From contig OZ024743.1 in the NCBI GenBank assembly GCA_964016885.1, forward strand, positions 330,460,001 through 330,524,000: 64,000 nt of DNA. The letters are read 5' to 3'. Below the pieces are notes generated by a model. The model did no database searches. It had not been told where the DNA came from and saw only the letters and a list, made by a program, of their open reading frames with translations. The position numbers and the translations under genes were made by a program. Shown here piece after piece: positions 40,160-52,450 of this stretch; the first letter of the stretch is position 1; the number at the start of each line of letters is the position of its first letter. Source of the DNA: Eledone cirrhosa (taxonomy: Eukaryota).

Positions 40160-41690
40160 ATTTGTAACATTGAGGGAGGGTGTGATATTGAGGGAGGGTT
40201 TGTGACATTGAGGGAGGAGTTGTGACATTGAGGGAGGGATTGTGACATTGAGGGAGGATTTGTGACATTGAGGGATGGAATGTCACATTGAGTGAGGGTT
40301 TGTGACATTGAGGGAGGGGTTGTGAAATTGAGGGAGGGAATGTGACATTGAGGGAAGGTTTGTGACATTGAGGGAGGGAATGTGACATTGAGGGAGGGTT
40401 TATGACATTGAAGGGGGGGGGTGACATTGAGGGAGGGTTGTGAGATTGAGGGAGGGGTTGTGACTTTGAGGGAGGGGTTGTGATATTGAGGGAGGGGTTG
40501 TGACATTGAGGGCGGGGTTGTGACATTGAGGGAAGGGTTGTGACATTGAGGGAGGGAATGTGACATTGAGGGAGGGATTGTGACATTGAGGGAGGGTTGT
40601 GACATTGAGGGAGGGTTTGTGATATTGAAGGAGGGTTTGTGTTTGTGACATTGAGGGAGGGTTTGTGACATTGAGGGAGGCTTTGTGACATTGAGGGAAG
40701 GGTTGTGACATTGAAGGAGGGGTTGTGACATTGAAGGAGGGGTTGTGACATTGAGGGAGGGTTTGTGTTTGTGACATTGATGGAGGGTGTGTGACATTGA
40801 GGGAAGGGTTGTGACATTGAAGGAGGGTTTGTGTTTGTGACATTGAGGGAGGGTTTGTGACATTGAGGGAGGCTTTGTGACATTGAGGGAAGGGTTGTGA
40901 CATTGAAGGAGGGGTTGTGACATTGAAGGAGGGGTTGTGACATTGAGGGAGGGTTTGTGTTTGTGACATTGAGGGAGGGTGTGTGACATTGAGGGAAGGG
41001 TTGTGACATTGAAGGAGGGGTTGTGACATTGAGGGAGGGTTTGTGTTTGTGACATTGAGGGAGGGTTTGTGACATTGAGGGAGGTGTTGTGACATTGAGG
41101 GACCGAATGTGATATTGAGGGAGGGAATGTGATATTGAGGGAAGGTTTGTAACATTGAGGGAAGAGTTGTGACATTGAGGGTGGGTTTGTAACATTGAGG
41201 GAGGGGTTGTGACATTGAGGGAGGTTTGTGACATTGAGGGAGGGGTTATGACATTGAGGGAGGGTTGTGACATTGAGGGAGGGGTTGTGACATTGAGGGA
41301 GGGTTTGTGACATTGAGGGAGGGGTTGTGACATTGAGGGAGGGGTTATGACATTGAGGGAGGGGTTGTGACATTGAGGGCGGGGTTGTGACATTGAGGGA
41401 GGGGTTATGACATTGAGGGAGGGTTGTGACATTGAGGGAGGGTTGTGACATTGAGGGAGGGGTTGTAACATTGAGGGAGGGGTTATGACATTGAGGGAGG
41501 GGTTGTGATATTCAATGAGTATTTGTGACATTGAGGGGTTTTTGTGACATTAAGTGAATATTTGTGAAATCGAATGAGCCTTTGTAACATTGATGTATGT
41601 TTTGTGGCATTATGGAAGTGATTGTGACATTGAGTAAGTATTTATGACATCGATGGAAGATTTGTGACATTGATGGAGGGTTTATGACAG
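40160..41690. repeat. 19-20-bp minisatellite (GTGACATTGAGGGAGGGGTT)n, decaying towards the right
   Basis: Direct tandem repeat; source of the 557/433/271-aa ORFs. Confidence 0.97.
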
Positions 41691-41694
41691 GAAA

Positions 41695-41835
41695 TCTAGA
41701 AGTAGACTCCAAGGAAGATGGTCACGCTTGGGGATCCAGCCAGATCAACTGATGACAGTTGCTTCAGGCAGGACACGCTGGAAGACGTGCTTGAGGATTC
41801 TCCCCTCACGGTGACCCTCCCATGAATAAATAAGC
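41695..41835 (+). mobile_element. Short RTE 3' fragment (21858/30587 family)
   Basis: GATGGTCACGCTTGGGGATCCAGCCAGATCAA..TTGCTTCAGGCAGGACACGCTGGAAG resembles 22220-22290. Confidence 0.6.
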
Positions 41836-41919
41836 AAAGAAGAAGATGCATGCAAAAACGGGTGAATGATAATGATGATAATGTAGTCACAGTTATGTTT
41901 TGTATGATTCGAGACATTC

Positions 41920-42348
41920 TTCCTCAATGTCACAACCCTCCCTCAATGTCACAACCCCTCCCTCAATGTCACAATCCATCCCTCAATGTCACAACCCCTC
42001 CCTCAATGTCACAACCCCTCCCTCAATGTCACCACCCTTCCCTCAATGTCACCACACGTCCCTCAATGTAACAACCACTCCCTCAATGTCACAACCCCTC
42101 CCTCAATGTCACAACCCCTCCCTCAATGTCACCACCCCTCCCTCAATGTAACAACCCCTCCCTCAATGTCACAACCCCTCTCTCAATGTCACCACCCCTC
42201 CCTCAATGTCACAATCCATCCCTCAATGTAACAACCCCTCCCTCAATGTCACCACACCTCCCTCAATGCCACCACACCTCCCTCAATGCCACAACCCCTC
42301 CCTCAATGCCACAACCCTCCCTCAATGTCAAACCCTCCCTCAATGTCA
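41920..42348. repeat. The same 20-bp minisatellite in inverted orientation (CCTCAATGTCACAACCCCTC)n
   Basis: Reverse complement of the 40160-41690 unit. Confidence 0.95.
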
Positions 42349-42734
42349 AAAGCATTCCATGTCGAACTAATTTAACAGACTTTACTTACAACAACAACAA
42401 CAGCAGTAGCAGCAGCAGCAGCAGCAGCAACAGCTGCAGCCGAATCAACAGCAACAATTATGAAATTCCAATTATACTAAGTAACAATCTATCAATCTAA
42501 CTAATTAAACTAGTTGTCATTTAACATTTTAATCGATTATTGATCAAGTGATCGATATTCAGTTGTTAGTAATCAGTAACTTCTCCAACCCACAAAAAAT
42601 ATAGAAATGAAAAACTAAAGATAAAAATCAAAAGAAAAGTGATGAAAAAGAAAAGCGGTTAATGTTATTTTAAAAAAAGTGTTTCATCTCTCAAAGATGA
42701 TAAGAAATCAATATGTCTGCTAGTTCATTGTCCT

Positions 42735-43660
42735 CTCTTATTCTAATCAAAGTAGATTTCTGATAACAGTCTCTTATTGTGATCAAAGTAGATTTCTGAT
42801 AATAGTCTGTTATTGTGATCAAAATAGATTTCTGTCAACTAACAGTCTCTTATTGTGATCAAAGTAGATTTCCGTTAACAGTCTCTTATTGTGATCAAAG
42901 TGGATATCGGATTACAAACAGTCTCTTATTGTGATCAAAGTAGATTTCTGTCAACTGACAGTCTCTTATTGTAATCAAAGTAGATTTCTAATAATTGACA
43001 GTCTCTTATTGTAATCAACCTAGATATATGTTAAACAGTCTCTTATTATAATCTGTTAATAGACACTCTGTTATTGTGATCAAAGTGGATATTTGATAAG
43101 CTAGGGCAGCAGGAACTAACTCCCCTTGCACGAATGGCCAGCCAACACAGGCTGGAGATGTGTAACAACAAGGGTGGTGCCCCAGCATGGCCTCGGCCAG
43201 ATGGCTGGAACGGGTAAAAGAGTAAAGTCTGTTATTGTGATCAAAGGGGATATTTGATAAGAGACATTCTCTTATTGTGATCAAAGTGGATATTTTATAA
43301 CAGTCTTTTAATGTGATCAAATTGTATATTTTATCACATAGTCTTTTATTGTGATGAGAGTGTATATCAGATAACAGTCTTTTAATGTGATCAAATTGTA
43401 TATTTTATCACAGAGTCTTTTATTGTGATGAGAGTTTATATCAGATAACAGTCTTTTAATGTGATCAAATTGTATATTTTATCACAGAGTCTTTTAATGT
43501 GATCAAATTGTATATTTTATCACAGAGTTTTTTTATTGTGATGGGAGTGTATATCAGATAACAGTCTTTTAATGTGATCAAATTGTATATTTTATCACAG
43601 TCTTTTATTGTGATGAGAGTGTATATCAGATAACAGTCTTTTAATGTGATCAAATTGTAT
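42735..43660. repeat. ~35-40-bp minisatellite (ACAGTCTCTTATTGTGATCAAAGTAGATTTCTGATA), with a later dimeric variant
   Basis: Tandem units, interrupted at ~43100-43225 by an unrelated GC-richer retroposon-like 3' fragment. Confidence 0.9.
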
Positions 43661-43950
43661 ATATGAGAATGAGAGAGCTATATATAGAGAGTTAGAACAC
43701 GGGAAGCTATATACATATATATATATAGAGATATATATATATACCCATCGATAAAGACTAATGATTTACGAGTGTAATATATTATAATAGAACCATCTCA
43801 GTTATCATGACCTCATAAAAGATATACGACAGTATAGCCACAAGAATAATTAATGCTTTGCTGAAACATCGTTGCTAAGTTTTAAGGCAAAGAATAAATC
43901 AACTTATATATTTACCCTCTTATGAATATTGAATTCATTGACTAGACCCA

Positions 43951-44028
<78 letters not shown>

Positions 44029-44032
<4 letters not shown>

Positions 44033-44470
44033 GGAGGCTTAGTAAAATCGAATCTCTGGCGGTGTGCAAGTAGATTCGACCTACGATATGAATGAGTTAG
44101 CAAAGCACTCGACAAGGTAGGTCCTCAGAGTAATAACATACGTTTAAATAGCTTGACAAATTGAACATTGTGGTAGGCAAAATCTAACACACAATACCAA
44201 AGTAACGAAGGAACTAACAGGTTGAAAAAATACACCTGGACAAATCAAACGTTATACGTTTAAAGTGTTTCTATGAATCCGAAATCAAATATCAGACTTA
44301 CGTAACTGCCAAGCTCTTGGTATTCATGATTGAACAGAGGACTCACTTCTTCAACAGGAATTTCGTTCTACCAAAGAACGGGGCGAAACACTAAATGTTG
44401 CAGCTAGCAGCAGCGAATCGAACATTTAGTTGTCACGTGTTATTTCCAACAAGGGAAATAACCCCCGGTA
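44029..44470. mobile_element. Dispersed ~440-bp (TA)n-flanked structured repeat, family D (second copy 56626-57070)
   Basis: Both copies start ATTGGA..TTAGTAAAATCGAATCTCTGGCGG, end GGGAAATAACC, and are collinear throughout. Confidence 0.85.
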
Positions 44471-44669
44471 TATATATATATATATATTTTTTTTTTCAAG
44501 ACAGTTCAGCATTCTGAGGATTCGGTCGGGTATCGACTGTAATGAAAATCGAGTGACGTAGCATCTTGCAAACAGCGATTTTTAGACATACCGGACTAAT
44601 GAAACAATTGTTAATACTTTGAATAAATCCTATTGTACAGGCGACCACGTTATTCTTCACTCATTTACT

Positions 44670-44748
<79 letters not shown>

Positions 44749-45085
44749 ATTAGTTCCACAACAGTTAGTTCCCCATACCGAGAACAAATGTTTCACCTTA
44801 TTCAGACACCCAGCTCGGTCTAAAAAAGAAAGTATTGTGGAACAACTTCTACCAAACTCGTCCCATAGACTGAGTGCTCTACTACTTCGGATATAACTCA
44901 CCAGTGTTCTACTATTATATATATATATCTGAATCAGTCTAATCCATTCAGATTGGTTTGTCCCAGTTATTCATAGAGCAACATCGGTTGAGATTGGTAC
45001 CACTAACTCAGGGATATATGTGGATATATTCATGTGTATGTATGTGTCCGCATGTATCTGTGTGTTTGACTATATATTGTATATA

Positions 45086-45128
<43 letters not shown>

Positions 45129-45306
45129 TTTTAAAGGAAAAGAATGACATCACTTGTACTTCTAAACAATTTAATTTAATTTTATAATATTATAATTTTA
45201 CAATTATAGAAATAAATTAAATTGTTTAGAACTACAAGTGATGTCATTCTTTTCCTTTTTTTTAATATACCAAGAATTTCACGCATTTTCCAATAGATAT
45301 ATAATT

Positions 45307-45397
<91 letters not shown>

Positions 45398-45428
45398 CAT
45401 ATATATATACATATATATATACATATAA

Positions 45429-45459
<31 letters not shown>

Positions 45460-45460
45460 C

Positions 45461-45495
<35 letters not shown>

Positions 45496-45530
45496 CATAA
45501 ATATATATATATATACATATATATATATAC

Positions 45531-45585
<55 letters not shown>

Positions 45586-45664
45586 TATACATATACATAT
45601 ATATATATACATATATATACATATATATATATATACATATGTATATATACATATATATATATAC

Positions 45665-45714
<50 letters not shown>

Positions 45715-45927
45715 CGTTTCTGAATTTGTTTAGCAAGATTCTTTATCTGAAATCGTGTGTTGAAACCGATATTGTTACACTTTGGGAGGGTCATGCTGCC
45801 AATAAGAAACACACGCACCAGTTGCTTTCACTTCAATTTAATGTATTAAATATTTATAAATTTACAAATTTATAAATTTCTGGTTGGTTGGTTGGTTCCA
45901 CAACCAGATAGTTGTTTATATATATAT

Positions 45928-45972
45928 AGTCATAGTTCTTTCGTCACACACTCTGTGACCTCTTCAGTGACT
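45928..45972 (-). ncRNA. Minimal HHR motif (mirror of 46082-46126)
   Basis: Exact reverse complement of the + strand motif. Confidence 0.65.
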
Positions 45973-46081
45973 GGGGATTTCTTTCTTCGTTTCTGTGCCT
46001 TTCCTTTCTTCTATCCTACGCCATTTTGTTTGGCGTAGGATAGAAGAAAGGAAAGGCACAGAAACGAAGAAAGAAATCCCC

Positions 46082-46126
46082 AGTCACTGAAGAGGTCACA
46101 GAGTGTGTGACGAAAGAACTATGACT
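46082..46126 (+). ncRNA. Minimal HHR motif with one extra nucleotide after A9
   Basis: Stem I AGTCA/TGACT; CTGAAGA 46087-93; extra G; stem II GTCACA-gagtg-TGTGAC; GAAA 46112-15; vestigial stem III AG-aa-CT; predicted cleavage after A46121. Confidence 0.65.
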
Positions 46127-46277
46127 ATATATATATAAACAACTATCTGGTTGTGGAACCAACCAACCAACCAGAAATTTATAAATTTGTAAATTTATAA
46201 ATATTTAATAAATTAAATTGAAGTGAAAGCAACTGGTGCGTGTGTTTCTTATTGGCAGCATGACCCTCCCAAAGTGT

Positions 46278-46360
<83 letters not shown>

Positions 46361-46361
46361 C

Positions 46362-46414
<53 letters not shown>

Positions 46415-46440
46415 CATATATTAATATATATACATATATA

Positions 46441-46730
46441 TTACAGAAACCCAAGAAGCTAGATTTAACATCTTCCTAGCGGGTCCGGGTATGCTTTTTA
46501 CATTCATTTAATTTATTGATTTATTGAGATTTTTTTATCTGAGTGTCCCGAATCTTCCGGATCGCAAATTTTCGATCGTGCGGTTGATTATAGACTTGTT
46601 CTGTGTGTGACGGTATTTTAACGATAGTTATAGCTCTGATTTATCTAAATTATGGAGCACTCTGCCGCTCATATCGAATTTTGTTTATCGTGAACTCGTG
46701 CGCCGATTTTTCGATACTCGATTATTCTAC
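46441..46730 (+). mobile_element. Diverged solo copy of the ~300-bp terminal segment (A) of the 616-bp array
   Basis: TTACAGAAACCC..GCTAGATTTAAC..GGGTCCGGGTATG...GTGAACTCGTGCGCCGATTTTTCGATACTCGAT, with nearly the same start and end as the array termini. (TA)n flanks. Confidence 0.85.
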
Positions 46731-47068
46731 TATACATATATATATATATATATATACTTATATGTTGATATATATACTTATATGTTGATTTAAAACTGCA
46801 CTATCCACAAGTGTTTTTTAGCCTTCATATCATGTCCTCCTGTTTTATCTGATGAAAACACAAATATTATTGCATGATGATGTTTGTTTTTGAAATGCGC
46901 ATAATAAAATACATGGAACTCCTTTAACCATCTTTTGTTCTTATATATTATGTATACTCCAGTCCTACAAACTGTAGAGTGCTTCTTATCCGATATCTGC
47001 ATTGCTTTATTGTACTACAATAAAACTCACCTCCTACATATATATACTTATATATACATATATATATA

Positions 47069-47165
<97 letters not shown>

Positions 47166-47207
47166 TATATATATATATATAAAATACAATATGTTGAAAG
47201 GGTAACA

Positions 47208-47281
<74 letters not shown>

Positions 47282-47282
<1 letters not shown>

Positions 47283-47844
47283 TCGTGCCATCAATAAAAC
47301 AGGGAAAACCACCAGTGTATGGAAGGCAGGGTAGACACACAATAATTAAAAATATAAATTAAAATGTATATACGCACCTCTATAACTATATAACACACGT
47401 GTACAAATCCAAGGAGATCTGTTTCGCCAGGAAGTTATTGACTGATATTTCGCTCCTTATAACAGTCTTTCCTCTCTCTGTTTCGTTGAGCACACTTCTT
47501 TGAGTGGTTTTTGGGCTGCCCTTTCTAGCAGCTCGTCCCTCAGATACCAACCACTGGTGTATTGCCCTACGCAGGCTGTCACATCTCTCTGCCACGTGTA
47601 GCTGGAGGGTCGCTTTAGATTCTCTTAGAGTTGTCTGGAATGTATAATCTCGCACGCGCTGATGAGCCATAGGCTATTCCATTTCAGTCAACAACTTCCT
47701 GGCGAAACAGATCTCTTTGGATTTGTACGCGTGTGTTATATAGTTATAGAGGTGCGTATATACATTTTAATTTATATTTTTAATTATTGTGTGTCTACCC
47801 TGCCTTCCATACACTGGTGATTTTCCCTGTTTTATTGATGGCAC

Positions 47845-47847
<3 letters not shown>
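47282..47847. mobile_element. Fold-back element family E: 164-bp inverted arms (47282-47445 / 47684-47847) around a unique spacer, flanked by (GA)n/(TC)n
   Basis: Arms are reverse complements with a few mismatches; mirror ORFs [10 protein letters not shown] appear in the track. Confidence 0.92.
47643..47740 (+). ncRNA. Canonical type I hammerhead ribozyme
   Basis: Stem I CGCACGCG(47651-58)/CGCGTGTG(47728-35) plus distal TATAA/TTATA across a bulge; CTGATGA 47659-65; stem II GCCA..GG/CC TGGC; GAAA 47704-07; stem III ACAGATC/GATTTGT; GUA cleavage predicted after A47727. Confidence 0.85.
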
Positions 47848-47910
<63 letters not shown>

Positions 47911-47924
47911 ATACATATACACAT

Positions 47925-47959
<35 letters not shown>

Positions 47960-50900
47960 GGATTTACAGAAACCCATGAAGCTAGATTTAACACCTGTCT
48001 AGTGGGTCCGGGTATGATTTTACATTCATTTAAATTATTGACGTATTGTTTTATTGATATTTTTTATCTGTTTGTCCCGAATCTTCTATTATCGATTTTT
48101 TATCGTATGGTTGATTGTAGACTTGTTCTATATGTGTCGGTATTTTAACGATGGTTATAGCTCTGATTCATCTGAATTATTGAGCCCTCTGCCGCTCATT
48201 TCGAATCTTGTTTATCGTGAACTCGTGCGCCGATTTTTCGATACTCGATCTTTCTAATATATTTAGCTCTGGACATAGCTATCCACCACTTAATTTTATT
48301 GCTCATTTTTTGTCGATTCTATTGAGTGATGAATAGCTTTTGTTTTATTTTAACATGTCTATTGAGCACTCTTATTCGATATGTGTATTTCCACATTCCC
48401 TCGAATTGTTTTCGCGGATATAGAGGTTATCTCCCTTGTCTAATGCCATGTGCGTTTTTCACTGGTAGTTAGCCCCTCTACCGCCAGGAAAAAAGCTCGT
48501 TGAGAAAGTAAACTCCGTTCCGCTTACTCTAGTAGGCTTTTATATTTATATGTGAGCTGATAGAGTACAGTCTAAGGATTTACAGAAACCCATGAAGCTA
48601 GATTTAACACCTGTCTAGTGGGTCCGGGTATGATTTTACATTCATTTAAATTATTGACGTATTGTTTTATTGATATTTTTTATCTGTTTGTCCCGAATCT
48701 TCTATTATCGATTTTTTATCGTATGGTTGATTGTAGACTTGTTCTATATGTGTCGGTATTTTAACGATGGTTATAGCTCTGATTCATCTGAATTATTGAG
48801 CCCTCTGCCGCTCATTTCGAATCTTGTTTATCGTGAACTCGTGCGCCAATTTTTCGATACTCGATCTTTCTAATATATTTAGCTCTGGACATAGCTATCC
48901 ACCAGTTAATTTTATTGCTCATTTTTTGTCGATTCTATTGAGTGATGAATAGCTTTTGTTTTATTTTAACATGTCTATTGAGCACTCTTATTCGATATGT
49001 GTATTTCCACATTCCCTCGAATTGTTTTCGCGGATATAGAGGTTATCTCCCTTGTCTAATGCCATGTGCGTTTTTCACTGGTAGTTAGCCCCTCTACCGC
49101 CAGGAAAAAAGCTCGTTGAGAAAGTAAACTCCGTTCCGCTTACTCTAGTAGGCTTTTATATTTATATGTGAGCTGATAGAGTACAGTCTAAGGATTTACA
49201 GAAACCCATGAAGCTAGATTTAACACCTGTCTAGTGGGTCCGGGTATGATTTTACATTCATTTAAATTATTGACGTATTGTTTTATTGATATTTTTTATC
49301 TGTTTGTCCCGAATCTTCTATTATCGATTTTTTATCGTATGGTTGATTGTAGACTTGTTCTATATGTGTCGGTATTTTAACGATGGTTATAGCTCTGATT
49401 CATCTGAATTATTGAGCCCTCTGCCGCTCATTTCGAATCTTGTTTATCGTGAACTCGTGCGCCGATTTTTCGATACTCGATCTTTCTAATATATTTAGCT
49501 CTGGACATAGCTATCCACCAGTTAATTTTATTGCTCATTTTTTGTCGATTCTATTGAGTGATGAATAGCTTTTGTTTTATTTTAACATGTCTATTGAGCA
49601 CTCTTATTCGATATGTGTATTTCCACATTCCCTCGAATTGTTTTCGCGGATATAGAGGTTATCTCCCTTGTCTAATGCCATGTGCGTTTTTCACTGGTAG
49701 TTAGCCCCTCTACCGCCAGGAAAAAAGCTCGTTGAGAAAGTAAACTCCGTTCCGCTTACTCTAGTAGGCTTTTATATTTATATGTGAGCTGATAGAGTAC
49801 AGTCTAAGGATTTACAGAAACCCATGAAGCTAGATTTAACACCTGTCTAGTGGGTCCGGGTATGATTTTACATTCATTTAAATTATTGACGTATTGTTTT
49901 ATTGATATTTTTTATCTGTTTGTCCCGAATCTTCTATTATCGATTTTTTATCGTATGGTTGATTGTAGACTTGTTCTATATGTGTCGGTATTTTAACGAT
50001 GGTTATAGCTCTGATTCATCTGAATTATTGAGCCCTCTGCCGCTCATTTCGAATCTTGTTTATCGTGAACTCGTGCGCCGATTTTTCGATACTCGATCTT
50101 TCTAATATATTTAGCTCTGGACATAGCTATCCACCACTTAATTTTATTGCTCATTTTTTGTCGATTCTATTGAGTGATGAATAGCTTTTGTTTTATTTTA
50201 ACATGTCTATTGAGCACTCTTATTCGATATGTGTATTTCCACATTCCCTCGAATTGTTTTCGCGGATATAGAGGTTATCTCCCTTGTCTAATGCCATGTG
50301 CGTTTTTCACTGGTAGTTAGCCCCTCTACCGCCAGGAAAAAAGCTCGTTGAGAAAGTAAACTCCGTTCCGCTTACTCTAGTAGGCTTTTATATTTATATG
50401 TGAGCTGATAGAGTACAGTCTAAGGATTTACAGAAACCCATGAAGCTAGATTTAACACCTGTCTAGTGGGTCCGGGTATGATTTTACATTCATTTAAATT
50501 ATTGACGTATTGTTTTATTGATATTTTTTATCTGTTTGTCCCGAATCTTCTATTATCGATTTTTTATCGTATGGTTGATTGTAGACTTGTTCTATATGTG
50601 TCGGTATTTTAACGATGGTTATAGCTCTGATTCATCTGAATTATTGAGCTCTCTGCCGCTCATTTCGAATCTTGTTTATCGTGAACTCGTGCGCCGATTT
50701 TTCGATACTCGATCTTTCTAATATATTTAGCTCTGGACATAGCTATCCACCAGTTAATTTTATTGCTCATTTTTTGTCGATTCTATTGAGTGATGAATAG
50801 CTTTTGTTTTATTTTAACATGTCTATTGAGCACTCTTATTCGATATGTGTATTTCCACATTCCCTCGAATTGTTTTCGCGGATATAGAGGTTATCTCCCT

Positions 50901-51954
50901 TGCCTAATGCCATGTGCGTTTTTCACTGGTAGTTAGCCCCTCTACCGCCAGGAAAAAAGCTCGTTGAGAAAGTAAACTCCGTTCCGCTTACTCTAGTAGG
51001 CTTTTATATTTATATGTGAGCTGATAGAGTACAGTCTAAGGATTTACAGAAACCCATGAAGCTAGATTTAACACCTGTCTAGTGGGTCCGGGTATGATTT
51101 TACATTCATTTAAATTATTGACGTATTGTTTTATTGATATTTTTTATCTGTTTGTCCCGAATCTTCTATTATCGATTTTTTATCGTATGGTTGATTGTAG
51201 ACTTGTTCTATATGTGTCGGTATTTTAACGATGGTTATAGCTCTGATTCATCTGAATTATTGAGCCCTCTGCCGCTCATTTCGAATCTTGTTTATCGTGA
51301 ACTCGTGCGCCGATTTTTCGATACTCGATCTTTCTAATATATTTAGCTCTGGACATAGCTATCCACCACTTAATTTTATTGCTCATTTTTTGTCGATTCT
51401 ATTGAGTGATGAATAGCTTTTGTTTTATTTTAACATGTCTATTGAGCACTCTTATTCGATATGTGTATTTCCACATTCCCTCGAATTGTTTTCGCGGATA
51501 TAGAGGTTATCTCCCTTGCCTAATGCCATGTGCGTTTTTCACTGGTAGTTAGCCCCTCTACCGCCAGGAAAAAAGCTCGTTGAGAAAGTAAACTCCGTTC
51601 CGCTTACTCTAGTAGGCTTTTATATTTATATGTGAGCTGATAGAGTACAGTCTAAGGATTTACAGAAACCCATGAAGCTAGATTTAACACCTGTCTAGTG
51701 GGTCCGGGTATGATTTTACATTCATTTAAATTATTGACGTATTGTTTTATTGATATTTTTTATCTGTTTGTCCCGAATCTTCTATTATCGATTTTTTATC
51801 GTATGGTTGATTGTAGACTTGTTCTATATGTGTCGGTATTTTAACGATGGTTATAGCTCTGATTCATCTGAATTATTGAGCCCTCTGCCGCTCATTTCGA
51901 ATTTTGTTTATCGTGAACTCGTGCGCCGATTTTTCGATACTCGATCTTTCTAAT
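47960..51954 (+). repeat. 616-bp tandem array, A(BA)6 structure (A ~300 bp, B ~316 bp), copies nearly identical
   Basis: ORF starts at 48054, 48670 ... 51750 are spaced exactly 616 apart. Few SNPs between copies. (TA)n on both flanks. Confidence 0.98.
48550..48632 (+). ncRNA. Variant HHR-like motif at each B/A junction (recurs every 616 bp; 6 complete copies)
   Basis: CTGATAGA(48557-64); stem II GTA-c-AGTC-taag-GATT-TAC; extra A; GAAA 48585-88; stem III ACCCA..CTAGA/TCTAG..TGGGT; C48624 (GUC). Stem I is weak. Confidence 0.45.
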
Positions 51955-51977
51955 ATATATATATATATATATTCTAT

Positions 51978-52450
51978 TCTAAGGCGGGTAAAATTACCGA
52001 GATCCATGGACGAGTTCTCTCCAGCGGTCTCTGTCCCTCATTATCGCTGCCATGTCCTGCTCTCCAATAGACCAGTGTCAGTCCTTAGGGCATCAACATA
52101 CGTTAACCTTGGTCTTCCTCTTCTAGTGTGTCCATGTAGGGGCTCCCAAAGGAGCACTGAGTGCAATGTCAACTCTGGATGTCGGTGAGCATGTCCAGCT
52201 ACCCTCAGTCTCCTCTGTGTTACTTTTGAGCTGACTTTTGGGATGCTCCCATACAGCTCTGAGTTTTTCATCCTCAGTGTATACTGATTAATGTTCAGAG
52301 CCATCCTCAGCATTCTCGTGTAGCACCCATCCACCATCTGAGTGAGTTTCTTGGTCAATGTCCAAGTCTCAGACCCGTACAGCAGCACAGACTCCACTAC
52401 AGCAATGAAGAGGCGGATTTTCAGGTCTCTACGAAGGTCCGACTTCCACA
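51978..52450 (-). mobile_element. RTE-like LINE 3' fragment
   Basis: LKIRLFIAVVESVLLYGSETWTLTKK..CYTRMLRMALNI..RLRVAGH. Confidence 0.9.

Larger units (their letters stand above)
45712..46285. mobile_element. Family C fold-back element: 255-bp near-perfect palindrome 45769-46285 (7-nt loop 46024-30) plus a 57-bp extension on the left arm
   Basis: Arms are symmetric about 46027 with one mismatch seen. (TA)n on both sides. Confidence 0.93.

Noticed and set aside
39858-41531. 557-aa ORF as a novel repeat-domain fusion protein
   Set aside because: A stop-free minisatellite happens to be in frame with a truncated RTE 3' end.
44508-44565. CTGAGGA + hairpin CGGTCG/CGACTG + GAAA
   Set aside because: No stem III-UH and no stem I complement downstream.
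48054-51953. Seven copies of a 67-aa ORF as a tandem gene family
   Set aside because: Starts at TTG, has no recognisable domain, and the frame is not evidently conserved in the solo copy at 46441.
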